From positions 64,001-128,000 of the forward strand of contig CAWBQK010000007.1 of NCBI GenBank assembly GCA_963791045.1: 64,000 nt of DNA, given 5' to 3'. Source of the DNA: Candidatus Latescibacterota bacterium. Lineage in GTDB: Bacteria > Krumholzibacteriota > Krumholzibacteriia > WVZY01. Of this stretch, positions 43,357-52,351 are shown piece after piece (within the stretch, counting starts at the first letter, position 1; each line of letters starts with the position of its first letter). The position numbers and the translations under genes are program-made. The notes beneath the pieces are model-generated. The model was not told the origin of the DNA, ran no database searches, and saw nothing but the letters and a program-made list of their open reading frames with translations.

Positions 43357-44241
43357 ATGTTTGATCTCAAGGCGAGACTGAAAAAGACGCGAGAGGGTTT
43401 TGTGTCGCCGCTGAAAAAAGTGTTTCAGCGCGGGACAAAGCTTTCGCTTGAAGACCACGAAGCGGTGGAGGAACTCCTCATCGGTTCGGATATGGGCGTC
43501 GAGGCCTGTGATCGGATCATGGATGCCCTCAAATCCGAGAAAAACATTGACGATTATCATTCCTTCCTCAGGGATGAATTCACCGAACTCCTCGCGGAAG
43601 ATGAAAACGCCGGTTCAACCACGACAACTGCCCCGCGCGCCATCCTCATCATCGGCGTAAACGGCGTCGGAAAGACGACGAGCATCGCGAAGCTTGCCAA
43701 CCACTACAAGGGACAGGGAAAGTCGGTGGTTCTCGCCGCCGGCGACACTTTCCGCGCCGCCGCCGTGGAGCAGCTGTCAACGTGGGCGGGCCGGATCGGG
43801 GTCGAGATGATCGGACACAAGGATGGAGGAGATCCCGCGGCTGTGGCCTTCGACGCCTGCTCGGCCGCGAAATCGCGCGGCGCGGACTACGTGATCATCG
43901 ACACGGCGGGGCGGCTCCACACCCGGGTCAATCTCATGGAGGAGCTCAAGAAGATCCGCCGCGTGTGCGAAAAGGTTCTTGGTCCCGAATCCGTTGACTC
44001 GTATCTGGTGCTCGACGCGACATTGGGGCAGAACAGTCTTCACCAGGCCAGAGAATTCACCCGTAGCCTGGACACAAACGGAATTATCCTCACAAAGCTC
44101 GATAGCACCGCGAAAGGCGGGATCGTGATCGCGATTCGCCAGTCGCTTGGGATACCCGTCCGTTTCATCGGCGTCGGGGAGGGGATGGATGACTTCGCTC
44201 CGTTCTCCGCTTCCGAGTTTATCGATGCCCTCCTCGCGTAA
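43357..44241 (+). CDS. ftsY: SRP receptor FtsY (short form, NG domain only)
   Basis: GVNGVGKTT, DTFRAAA, DTAGR, TKLD.TAKGG. Confidence 0.97.
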   Translation: MFDLKARLKKTREGFVSPLKKVFQRGTKLSLEDHEAVEELLIGSDMGVEACDRIMDALKSEKNIDDYHSFLRDEFTELLAEDENAGSTTTTAPRAILIIGVNGVGKTTSIAKLANHYKGQGKSVVLAAGDTFRAAAVEQLSTWAGRIGVEMIGHKDGGDPAAVAFDACSAAKSRGADYVIIDTAGRLHTRVNLMEELKKIRRVCEKVLGPESVDSYLVLDATLGQNSLHQAREFTRSLDTNGIILTKLDSTAKGGIVIAIRQSLGIPVRFIGVGEGMDDFAPFSASEFIDALLA

Positions 44242-44303
44242 ACCTTGTTTCCCATACAAATCCCTTCCCCCCCCCGCAGGCTCCCAAGATTCGTGATGTG
44301 GTC

Positions 44304-44331
44304 TTGACAAGTGTGGAAAATAGCGTAATAT
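44304..44331 (+). promoter_or_regulatory. Sigma70-type promoter of the rib operon
   Basis: TTGACA-N16-TAATAT just upstream of the riboswitch. Confidence 0.65.
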
Positions 44332-44342
44332 AGAGGGGAACG

Positions 44343-44462
44343 AGGACCTTCGGGGCGGGGTGAAAGTCCCCACCGGCGGTGACAGCCCGCGAGTGGGCCG
44401 ACAGGCCTACTGATCCGGTGCAATTCCGGAGCCGACAGTTAAAGTCTGGATGGGAGAAGGTC
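44343..44462 (+). ncRNA. FMN riboswitch (RFN element)
   Basis: CGGGGCGGGGTGAAAGTCCCCACCGGCGGT...AGCCCGCGA...GATCCGGTGCAATTCCGGAGCCGACAGTTAAAGTCTGGATGGGAGAAG, upstream of ribD. Confidence 0.96.
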
Positions 44463-44649
44463 AACCCGACGGCGACGGATTCGTTGCCCGCACGGCGTGC
44501 GGGGATCGAGGCCGTGGCGGTTCCTCCCTTGGACAAACCCCGACAACCGTCCGCTTTCGTGACCCCTCTCGAACGGGAATGGATTCGTGTGTGATTCAAG
44601 TCTGAATTTCCCCGATTCGTGCCGAAGGATTTCCAACCCGGGTGACCCT

Positions 44650-45783
44650 TTGACGCAAAGCGCCGATCTTGACGAACATGCCGCCGACTCTTTCTTTCTT
44701 GATCGGGCGCTGGATGTTGCCTGGTTGGGCGCCGGCCGCGCCCATCCGAATCCGCTCGTCGGCGCGGTCGTCGTCAAGGACGGCCGGATTCTTGGCGCCG
44801 GCTGCCACGAACGGTTTGGCGGGGCGCACGCAGAGATCGCTGCGCTTGACCGCGCGGGAAACGGGGCGGAAGGCGGCACGCTCTATGTCACTCTCGAGCC
44901 GTGTTGTCACCACGGAAACACTCCGCCCTGTGTTGAGTCCATAGTGGACAAAGGTGTCCGCCGTGTTGTCATCCCGACCCTCGACCCCGATGAACGTGTC
45001 AATGGACGTGGGGTGCGGTATCTCGAGGATAACGGAATTTCGGTGGATATTGGGATCGGCCGGGACCGTGCGTTGATCCTCAATATGAAATATCTCAAGA
45101 ACAAGTTGGGTCTTGGCCCGGCTGTTACCCTGAAAATGGCCGTCACCCTCGATGGCCGAATCGCTTCGAGCCCGGGGGCTCGAGACGATATTACAGGTGT
45201 CGAGGCGAGGCGTTTGGTCCACAGGCTCCGAGCGGCGCACGACGCGGTTGCTATCGGAGTCAACACTTTCGATGTCGATTCTCCAAAACTTGATTGCCGC
45301 CTGGTGGATGGAGTGGCCGCTCCCGTGCCGGTCGTGTTTGATTCGAAATTGTCTTTTCCCAGCGCCCATCCGTGGTTGTCGGGACGCGCCGCGGTGATTG
45401 TTGCCGGCTGTGATACGCCTCCGGAAAAAGAAGAAGAAATCAAGGCGGCGGGTGGGCGTGTCTTGAAGTGCGCGATCGACGAGACCGGTGTCGATGTCGC
45501 GGACACTGTCGACGCCCTCTGTGGTTTGGGGCTGGAGAGCGTTCTTGTGGAAGGCGGGGCGAAAGTATTCGAGAGCTTTGTTCGGGCGGGCGTGTGGGAT
45601 GGGATGTTCATGTTTGTCGCGCCTTCACTCTTTGGCGCGGGTGGCGTTGCCGTTTCGAACGATCGTTTCGACAAGGCCACATTGAACGCCGAACTCGCCG
45701 GCGTGGCGACCGTTGGGGGCGACGTTCTTCTCAGCTTTATCAATAAGAATACGCAGCGCTCGCTGCTCGAAAAACTGGGATAA
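44650..45783 (+). CDS. ribD: Bifunctional riboflavin deaminase/reductase
   Basis: PNPLVGAV, HAE, TLEPCCH..TPPC, TLDGRIA, VEGG. Start uncertain. Confidence 0.95.
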   Translation: MTQSADLDEHAADSFFLDRALDVAWLGAGRAHPNPLVGAVVVKDGRILGAGCHERFGGAHAEIAALDRAGNGAEGGTLYVTLEPCCHHGNTPPCVESIVDKGVRRVVIPTLDPDERVNGRGVRYLEDNGISVDIGIGRDRALILNMKYLKNKLGLGPAVTLKMAVTLDGRIASSPGARDDITGVEARRLVHRLRAAHDAVAIGVNTFDVDSPKLDCRLVDGVAAPVPVVFDSKLSFPSAHPWLSGRAAVIVAGCDTPPEKEEEIKAAGGRVLKCAIDETGVDVADTVDALCGLGLESVLVEGGAKVFESFVRAGVWDGMFMFVAPSLFGAGGVAVSNDRFDKATLNAELAGVATVGGDVLLSFINKNTQRSLLEKLG

Positions 45784-45792
45784 GGAGCCGAC

Positions 45793-46395
45793 GTGTTTAC
45801 CGGGATCGTCCAGACAATCGGAAAAGTGGAGAGCCAGCGGCGCTCGGGCGAAGGCGTGTCGTTTGTTGTCTCGGGGATGGGCGCCGATATCTTGTCCGCT
45901 GGTGACAGCGTTGCGATAAACGGCGTCTGCCAGACGGTCGAGCGCCCCGGCGAGAGAGAGTTTGGTTTTACCGCAGTCGGTGAAACACTCGCGCGGACCA
46001 CGATGGAATCTCTTAAACGCGGCGCTCCGGTGAACCTCGAGACGGCCGCGACGCCACAGACGGCTCTCGGCGGCCACATCGTGCAGGGACATGTGGATGG
46101 GGTCGGGACGGTGGATTCATTTGCAAGGCGGGGCAGCGACTGGATCCTCGCCGTTCGAGTGCCTGTCGAATTGATGGCGACCGTTGTGCCGCAGGGATCC
46201 GTGACAATCGACGGGACCAGCTTGACGGTCGTCGACGCAAAACCCCGCGGTATCGTCACGATGACCATTATCCCTTTCACAAGAGATAACACGGTTGCAC
46301 GCGATTACCGATCGGGAACCCGCGTAAACGTGGAGACCGATATCCTGGGGAAATATGTCGCCCGGTATCTCGATCAAGCTCGTTACGGAAAATAG
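45793..46395 (+). CDS. ribE: Riboflavin synthase
   Basis: MFTGIV, SVAINGVC, GGHIVQGHVDG, VNVETD. Confidence 0.96.
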   Translation: MFTGIVQTIGKVESQRRSGEGVSFVVSGMGADILSAGDSVAINGVCQTVERPGEREFGFTAVGETLARTTMESLKRGAPVNLETAATPQTALGGHIVQGHVDGVGTVDSFARRGSDWILAVRVPVELMATVVPQGSVTIDGTSLTVVDAKPRGIVTMTIIPFTRDNTVARDYRSGTRVNVETDILGKYVARYLDQARYGK

Positions 46396-46441
46396 TTGGA
46401 ATGGTGATGTGACGGATGAAAATGTATCAAGAGGTGAGATC

Positions 46442-47689
46442 ATGAGTGTGTTTTGCAGCGTTCCCGAAGCGTTAGAGGAAATCCGCAAGGGCAACATTTT
46501 GATAGTTGTCGATGACGAGGCCAGGGAAAACGAAGGCGATATGATTCTCGCGTCGGAAATGGCGACGCCCGAGAAAATCAATTTCCTGACGAAGTATGCC
46601 AGGGGCCTGATCTGTGTCGCTTTCACACCCGAGAGGTCACAGCAACTCGATCTCCCGCCCATGGTCCGGAATAACACGGCCAAGCTGGGGACTGCTTTCA
46701 CCGTATCGATCGATCTTATCGACGGGACGACCACGGGAATAAGCGCCTTTGACCGGTCGGCCACGATCATGGCGGCGATCGCGCCCAATGCGAAGGCGGA
46801 CGAATTTGCAAGACCGGGTCACGTCTTTCCGTTGACCTGTTTCCCCGGCGGCGTGCTTCGCAGAGCGGGGCACACAGAGGCGGCGGTGGATCTGGCCTCG
46901 CTGGCCGGGTTGTCTCCGTCGGGCGTTCTCTGCGAAGTAATGGACGAAGACGGCAGCATGGCGCGGCTTCCTCAGCTTGGGAAGGTCGCGAAAGAACACG
47001 GGCTCAAGATCGTCACGATCCAGGACCTCATCGAATACAGGCGGAGAAACGAAAAGCTGGTCACACATTTGACAACCGCCGACATGCCGACGCGAAACGG
47101 TGGGTTCAAGCTTCACCTGTTTAGCAATGACATCGATGGGACGATCCACGTCGCTCTCGTCAGGGGCGAGATCGAAGGGGACGAACCGATTCTTGTGCGG
47201 GTCCATTCCGAATGTCTCACCGGTGACGTGTTCGGATCGCTCCGTTGTGACTGCGGCCCCCAACTCGAGACGGCGCTGCAGCAGATCGACCGTGAGGGGC
47301 GCGGAATTCTCCTCTATATGAAGCAAGAGGGGCGCGGGATCGGTCTCGAAAACAAAATCAAGGCGTATGCGCTCCAGGAGCATGGACGCGACACCGTTGA
47401 AGCCAACGAAGAACTCGGTTTTCCGGCGGATCTTCGCGACTATGGGATCGGCGCTCAGATGCTGGTAACACTGGGCGTCAAAAAGATGAAGCTGATGACA
47501 AACAATCCGCGAAAGATTGTGGGTCTCGGGGCGTATGGAATTGAAATCGTCGAACGCGTGTCGATCGAGATCGTACCAAACGAGAGTAATCTCCAGTACC
47601 TGTCGACCAAGCGTGAGAAGCTCGGTCACATGCTTGGTAATGCGAGTGATATGGAAAACAAAATGAATGGAACGGACAGAAAGGAGTAG
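46442..47689 (+). CDS. ribBA: DHBP synthase / GTP cyclohydrolase II
   Basis: RENEGD, RPGHVFPL, GHTEA, RVHSECLTGD, RCDCG, QEGRGIG. Confidence 0.97.
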   Translation: MSVFCSVPEALEEIRKGNILIVVDDEARENEGDMILASEMATPEKINFLTKYARGLICVAFTPERSQQLDLPPMVRNNTAKLGTAFTVSIDLIDGTTTGISAFDRSATIMAAIAPNAKADEFARPGHVFPLTCFPGGVLRRAGHTEAAVDLASLAGLSPSGVLCEVMDEDGSMARLPQLGKVAKEHGLKIVTIQDLIEYRRRNEKLVTHLTTADMPTRNGGFKLHLFSNDIDGTIHVALVRGEIEGDEPILVRVHSECLTGDVFGSLRCDCGPQLETALQQIDREGRGILLYMKQEGRGIGLENKIKAYALQEHGRDTVEANEELGFPADLRDYGIGAQMLVTLGVKKMKLMTNNPRKIVGLGAYGIEIVERVSIEIVPNESNLQYLSTKREKLGHMLGNASDMENKMNGTDRKE

Positions 47690-47693
47690 ATTC

Positions 47694-48155
47694 ATGCCGA
47701 ACCTGCACGAAGGAAGGTTGGATGCCGGTGGTAAACGAGTTGCCATCGTGGCCAGCCGCTTCAACGATTTTGTTACTCACAGGCTCGTCGACGGCGCGGT
47801 CGACTGCCTGGTGAGAAACGGCGCGGACGAGTCAGGGATCGATGTCTATTGGGTTCCGGGGTCGTTCGAGATTCCCCAACTGGTACAGAAGATCAGCCAG
47901 TCGATGGAATTCGATGGTCTTATCTGTCTGGGGACCATTGTGAGGGGAGATACCCATCATTTTGATGTTCTTGCGGGGACCGTCATTAAGGCCATAACCA
48001 ATATCAGCCTCGGATCACCCATTCCCATGACGCACGGTTTGATAACGGCCGATTCGCCCGATCAGGCGATGGACCGCGCCGGCGGTAAGGGAGGCAACAA
48101 GGGCTGGGAGAGTGCTCTTGCGTTGATCGAGATGATGAACCTGTGGAAGAGCTGA
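47694..48155 (+). CDS. ribH: 6,7-dimethyl-8-ribityllumazine synthase
   Basis: SRFN, VPGSFEIP, RGDTHHF, GNKG. Confidence 0.96.
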   Translation: MPNLHEGRLDAGGKRVAIVASRFNDFVTHRLVDGAVDCLVRNGADESGIDVYWVPGSFEIPQLVQKISQSMEFDGLICLGTIVRGDTHHFDVLAGTVIKAITNISLGSPIPMTHGLITADSPDQAMDRAGGKGGNKGWESALALIEMMNLWKS

Positions 48156-48162
48156 GATAATA

Positions 48163-48579
48163 GTGGGCAAACGCAGAAAAGCCAGGGAGATTGTTCTTCA
48201 ATCCCTTTACGAGATGGAGTTCTCCGACTCGACGTGGGAGGAGGTGCTCTCCGGTCACACCGACCGAAGAGGATCCACCGGCGAGACGGCGGAGTACGCC
48301 CGGACCCTGCTCTCGACGACGATGGAGAACAAGGGCCACCTCGACGAGGTGATCGAATCGGTCCTGCAGAACTGGGAAATGGGCAGGATCTCACTGATTG
48401 ACAAAAACATTCTTCGATTCGCATTGTGTGAGATACTCTACTTTCCGGAGATTCCGCCGCGGGTAATCATCAATGAAGCTATCGAAGTGGCGCATCGGTT
48501 CAGTTCTCACGAAGCGGGGAAATTCGTCAACGGCATTCTGGACAGGTTTCTGAAACAGTACAGAGGGGATGCAGATTGA
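48163..48579 (+). CDS. nusB: Transcription antitermination factor NusB
   Basis: RRKARE, IDKNILR, INEAIEVA, FVNGILD. Confidence 0.96.
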   Translation: MGKRRKAREIVLQSLYEMEFSDSTWEEVLSGHTDRRGSTGETAEYARTLLSTTMENKGHLDEVIESVLQNWEMGRISLIDKNILRFALCEILYFPEIPPRVIINEAIEVAHRFSSHEAGKFVNGILDRFLKQYRGDAD

Positions 48580-49307
48580 GATTCCTTTTTTTCTCGGACG
48601 TGCACAGTAACCTCGAAGCGCTCACTTCGGTTTTAGATGACGCGACGGCGAGGGGATTCGACCGAGCGATCTGTCTTGGTGACATCGTCGGGTACGGCGC
48701 GAGTCCCGAGGAGTGCGTAAAAAAGATCTCCGGACTGCCGAATTCTTCCGCGGTGCTGGGAAACCATGACGCGGCGGTGATCAACCCGAAGGAGCGCGTG
48801 TTCCTCAATCCGGTCGCACAGACAGGCGTGAAATACAGTGAAGCCCAGCTTACGAGAGAGAGCATCGAGTATCTCAATTCACTCGAATTCATAATTGAAT
48901 CGAAGAACGATTTTATCGCCAGTCACGCGTCTCCGTACAAGCCCGAGAGCTGGGTGTATGTTCTCGAGCCGATCGAGGCCACCGACGCGTTTCATGTGAT
49001 GACGCACCCGGTGGCGTTTATCGGGCACACTCATTTTCCCGTCGTCCACAACAGCAACGGGTTGATCAAACCAATTCTTCCGGGGGACAGAATCAAAATC
49101 CGGAAGACCGAGAAGTCCATTATTAATGTCGGTAGTGTCGGTCAGCCGCGGGACGGAGATCCTCGGGCCGCCTACATCATCTTCGACGATGAGAACCTGG
49201 TGGCGGAAGTCTTTCGCGTTGAATACGATATCGAAACCGCTTCACAAAAGATTGTCGATGCGGGTCTGCCGCCGATGCTCTCGGACAGGATTCGCAGGGG
49301 ATACTAA
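48576..49307 (+). CDS. Metallophosphoesterase (calcineurin-like)
   Basis: SDVHSN, LGDIVGYG, GNHD, GHTH, NVGSVGQPRDGDPRA. Confidence 0.92.
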   Translation: MRFLFFSDVHSNLEALTSVLDDATARGFDRAICLGDIVGYGASPEECVKKISGLPNSSAVLGNHDAAVINPKERVFLNPVAQTGVKYSEAQLTRESIEYLNSLEFIIESKNDFIASHASPYKPESWVYVLEPIEATDAFHVMTHPVAFIGHTHFPVVHNSNGLIKPILPGDRIKIRKTEKSIINVGSVGQPRDGDPRAAYIIFDDENLVAEVFRVEYDIETASQKIVDAGLPPMLSDRIRRGY

Positions 49308-49320
49308 TTAATCACTCTCG

Positions 49321-50094
49321 ATGAAGAAAACATCCGAAAAAAAACACTGGGACGATTTCTGGGCCGCGTCACGCAATCTTGAAGACGTCTATGGCACCGA
49401 TGACAGGATCATCGAGAACCTTTCCGCGTATGTGGATTTCGACGGATTGCGTGTTCTCGAGGTCGGTGCCGGTACGGGGCGGGATGCCGCGTTGATGAAA
49501 TCACTCGGGGCCGACGTGGTGGCGCTGGACTACAGCGAAGAATCTCTCGCGCTCATGAAAACCTCATTGCCGACGGAAGAAACGGGCGCACCGCTGGACA
49601 TCGTGTGTGGAGACGCGCTTGGGCTTCCGCTTCGTTCGGACTCCTTCGATGTCGTTTATCACCAGGGGCTGCTCGAACATTTCAGAAACCCTGATGATCT
49701 TCTCAGCGAGAATGTTCGCGTGCTCAAGCCGGGTGGACTCTTGCTCGTTGACGTTCCTCAGCGGTATCACTACTACACAGTTCTCAAGCACATACTGATG
49801 GCCGTGGGCAAATGGTTTGCCGGATGGGAAACCGAGTTTTCGGTCGGCGAACTCGAGCGCATGGTCGAGAAGCAGGGACTGGAAATCGTCGGAGTTTATG
49901 GACACAACTTGTTTCCTCCGATATGGTATCGGGGGCTGAGGCGGGTTCTGCTCCGTGTCGGGATTCGACTACCTATGTATACGAAGGACGCCGGAGTTGC
50001 CGCCGGTGTCAGACGGTTCTTCAGGTCTTTGATTCCTCAAGGTGTGTATGTAAATACGGCGATGGTCATCGGGTGCATTGCACGAAAGAAGTGA
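49321..50094 (+). CDS. Class I SAM-dependent methyltransferase
   Basis: VLEVGAGTG, FDVV, LLEH, RVLKPGG. Confidence 0.9.
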   Translation: MKKTSEKKHWDDFWAASRNLEDVYGTDDRIIENLSAYVDFDGLRVLEVGAGTGRDAALMKSLGADVVALDYSEESLALMKTSLPTEETGAPLDIVCGDALGLPLRSDSFDVVYHQGLLEHFRNPDDLLSENVRVLKPGGLLLVDVPQRYHYYTVLKHILMAVGKWFAGWETEFSVGELERMVEKQGLEIVGVYGHNLFPPIWYRGLRRVLLRVGIRLPMYTKDAGVAAGVRRFFRSLIPQGVYVNTAMVIGCIARKK

Positions 50095-50095
50095 G

Positions 50096-51226
50096 ATGGG
50101 CCGTTTTGTGGCAGTTAATTGGAGGGACCTCAAGAATCCGGATGCCGGAGGGGCCGAAGTTCATCTGCACGAAATCCTCAAACATCTGGTTGCCGACGGA
50201 CACGATGTAACGTATTTCGTCAGCGAATTCCCGGGCTGCTCGGAGACGGATGAACACGATGGAATCAAGATCATACGCAAGGGCGCCTGGTATAACGCAA
50301 ACTATGTGATTCCGCGGCATGTCCGATCGTTCGTCAGGAGCAACCCCTGCGACCTCGTGATCGAGGACATAAACAAAATCCCGTTTTTTCTCCCTAAATT
50401 TGTCGACGTGCCCGTCGTCCCCGTGATTCCTCATTTATTCGGCGCGACGGTGTACCGCGAGACAAACCCATTGTTCGCGACCTACGTTTACCTGTGGGAA
50501 AAGCTGATACCGCCCGTCTACAAGACCAACCGATTCGTCGTCATAAGCCCGAGCACCCGGGACGATCTTGTGGAGCGCGGCATTGATTCCGATCGAATCG
50601 ATGTGGTGTTGTGCGGCCTCGATCACGACGCTTTCAGAGTGCTCGACGGTATCACCCGCTACGAGGCGCCTACGCTCATTCATTTTGGGCGGGTCAGAAA
50701 ATATAAATCGGTCGATACGGTGATAAACGCATTTGCCGTGGTCAAAGAGAAGCTGCCCGACGCCCGTCTTCTCATTGTCGGCGATGGCCCCGAGAAACCG
50801 AGTCTCGAAGCGCAGGCACGGCGCATGGGGTTGTTGGAATCGATGGAATTTACGGGCGCCGTGAGTTCCGCGGTGCTCGTCGAGCTTCTCAATAAGGCCC
50901 ACGTTTTTCTCAACGCCAGCCCGAAAGAAGGTTGGGGGTTGACCGTTGTTGAGGCCAATGCGTGTGGTTTGCCCGTGGTGGCCAGTCGTCGTCCGGGTCT
51001 ACAGGACTCGGTAAAAGATGGCGAGACGGGTTATCTCGTCGAATACGGAGATGTGGACGGCTTTGCGTCGCGGACGCTCGAGCTGCTCACAGATCAGGCG
51101 AAATGGCTTGAGATGAGCAGCGCGGGGCTCGAGTGGGCCCGATCCCTCACATGGGATCGTACGGGACGTGAGATGGCGGACATTTTTATCGAAGAAATTG
51201 AACGGAGCAAATCGGCGAAACAATGA
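50096..51226 (+). CDS. GT4 glycosyltransferase
   Basis: NWRD.KNP.AGGAE, GRVRKYK, EGWGLTVVEANACG. Confidence 0.9.
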   Translation: MGRFVAVNWRDLKNPDAGGAEVHLHEILKHLVADGHDVTYFVSEFPGCSETDEHDGIKIIRKGAWYNANYVIPRHVRSFVRSNPCDLVIEDINKIPFFLPKFVDVPVVPVIPHLFGATVYRETNPLFATYVYLWEKLIPPVYKTNRFVVISPSTRDDLVERGIDSDRIDVVLCGLDHDAFRVLDGITRYEAPTLIHFGRVRKYKSVDTVINAFAVVKEKLPDARLLIVGDGPEKPSLEAQARRMGLLESMEFTGAVSSAVLVELLNKAHVFLNASPKEGWGLTVVEANACGLPVVASRRPGLQDSVKDGETGYLVEYGDVDGFASRTLELLTDQAKWLEMSSAGLEWARSLTWDRTGREMADIFIEEIERSKSAKQ

Positions 51227-52212
51227 GAGTCTCAGGTTCTGTAATCCGGTTGATTGCCAAAATCCTCGTCAGCGCGGGGCTCCTGGTATTTCTGTTCAAC
51301 AAAATCTCCATCGAACAGTTTGTGACGTCGATCGAGACGATCGATGTGCCTCTGATCGTCGCGGCGATGGCGCTTTTTCTCGTGAGCAACATCATTGGGA
51401 GTTTCCAGTGGCACTGTCTACTGCGGTCGAGCGGTGTCGATATCCCTTTTCACCGGACGATCCGGTTCTATTTTGTCGGATTGTTCTTCAATAATTTCCT
51501 CCCGGCGAATATTGGCGGCGACGCGGTCAAGGTCTACGACGTATCGAAGATAGGGAGCAGCGTGTACCAGGTGATCGCGGTGACGATGCTCGACAGAATC
51601 GTGGGGATTTTCAGCCTGTGCCTCCTGGCGTCGATTGCAGTGGTCGCGTTGATGACACGCGATATCGATGGTGCGTTGTGGCCGTATCTCCTTATCTTTA
51701 TAGGCTGTATGACGCCGGCGCTCGCGTTCTACTTTGTAAAGCCGCTCTCCCGGGTTCTGAGGTGGTTGGTGGGTCTCCTCCGGCCGCTCTCGATGGATAA
51801 GCGCGGCACGTCGGTTCTGGACTATCTAGGGCAGTTTAAGTCAAAGAAACCACTTATTTTACGCCTTATGCTCCTGTCCGTGATCATCCAGTCGATGCGG
51901 GTCTTGACCCACGTCATTGTCGCCTGTGCCCTCGGGGTCCATATCGACCTTGAAATCATTGGGATGTTTTTTGTGTTTGTCCCGCTTCTCAGCCTTGCTA
52001 TGATTCCTCCTATCACAATCAACGGTTTAGGCATCCGTGAGGGGCTCGGAATTCTCTTGTTTGCCCAGGCGGGTATCGGTGAAACCGACGCATTCGCGAT
52101 TGAGTTTCTGACCTATCTCGTTTCCGTGTCGGTGAGCCTTGCAGGCCTCGTGTTCTTCCTGTGGAGGCGCACGGAAGCGGCTGAGGCAACGTCCGATAAA
52201 ATCGTCACTTAG
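51223..52212 (+). CDS. Lysylphosphatidylglycerol-synthase TM / flippase-like membrane protein
   Basis: GLFFNNFLPANIGGDAVK, DRIVG, PITINGLGIRE; multi-TM. Confidence 0.85.
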   Translation: MRVSGSVIRLIAKILVSAGLLVFLFNKISIEQFVTSIETIDVPLIVAAMALFLVSNIIGSFQWHCLLRSSGVDIPFHRTIRFYFVGLFFNNFLPANIGGDAVKVYDVSKIGSSVYQVIAVTMLDRIVGIFSLCLLASIAVVALMTRDIDGALWPYLLIFIGCMTPALAFYFVKPLSRVLRWLVGLLRPLSMDKRGTSVLDYLGQFKSKKPLILRLMLLSVIIQSMRVLTHVIVACALGVHIDLEIIGMFFVFVPLLSLAMIPPITINGLGIREGLGILLFAQAGIGETDAFAIEFLTYLVSVSVSLAGLVFFLWRRTEAAEATSDKIVT

Positions 52213-52215
52213 CTA

Positions 52216-52244
52216 TTGCAACGTCGCCGATCTTGGGTTAGTTT
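52216..52244 (+). promoter_or_regulatory. Possible sigma70 promoter
   Basis: TTGCAA-N17-TAGTTT in the 140-bp gap before the DUF2723 gene. Confidence 0.3.
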
Positions 52245-52351
52245 TTAGAATCCGGCCTCGTATATTTCCGGGAACCATACGACCGCGAAAACATAAAAAA
52301 TATTGATACCTGATCGATCCATCCTTCTTCCAATTACGGAGTTACAAAAGC

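Noticed and set aside
44267-44275. C9 homopolymer near the rib promoter, and G8 in manC at 28627-28634
   Set aside because: C9 lies upstream of the -35 and does not change promoter spacing; the manC tract is in frame and encodes the conserved AGG motif.
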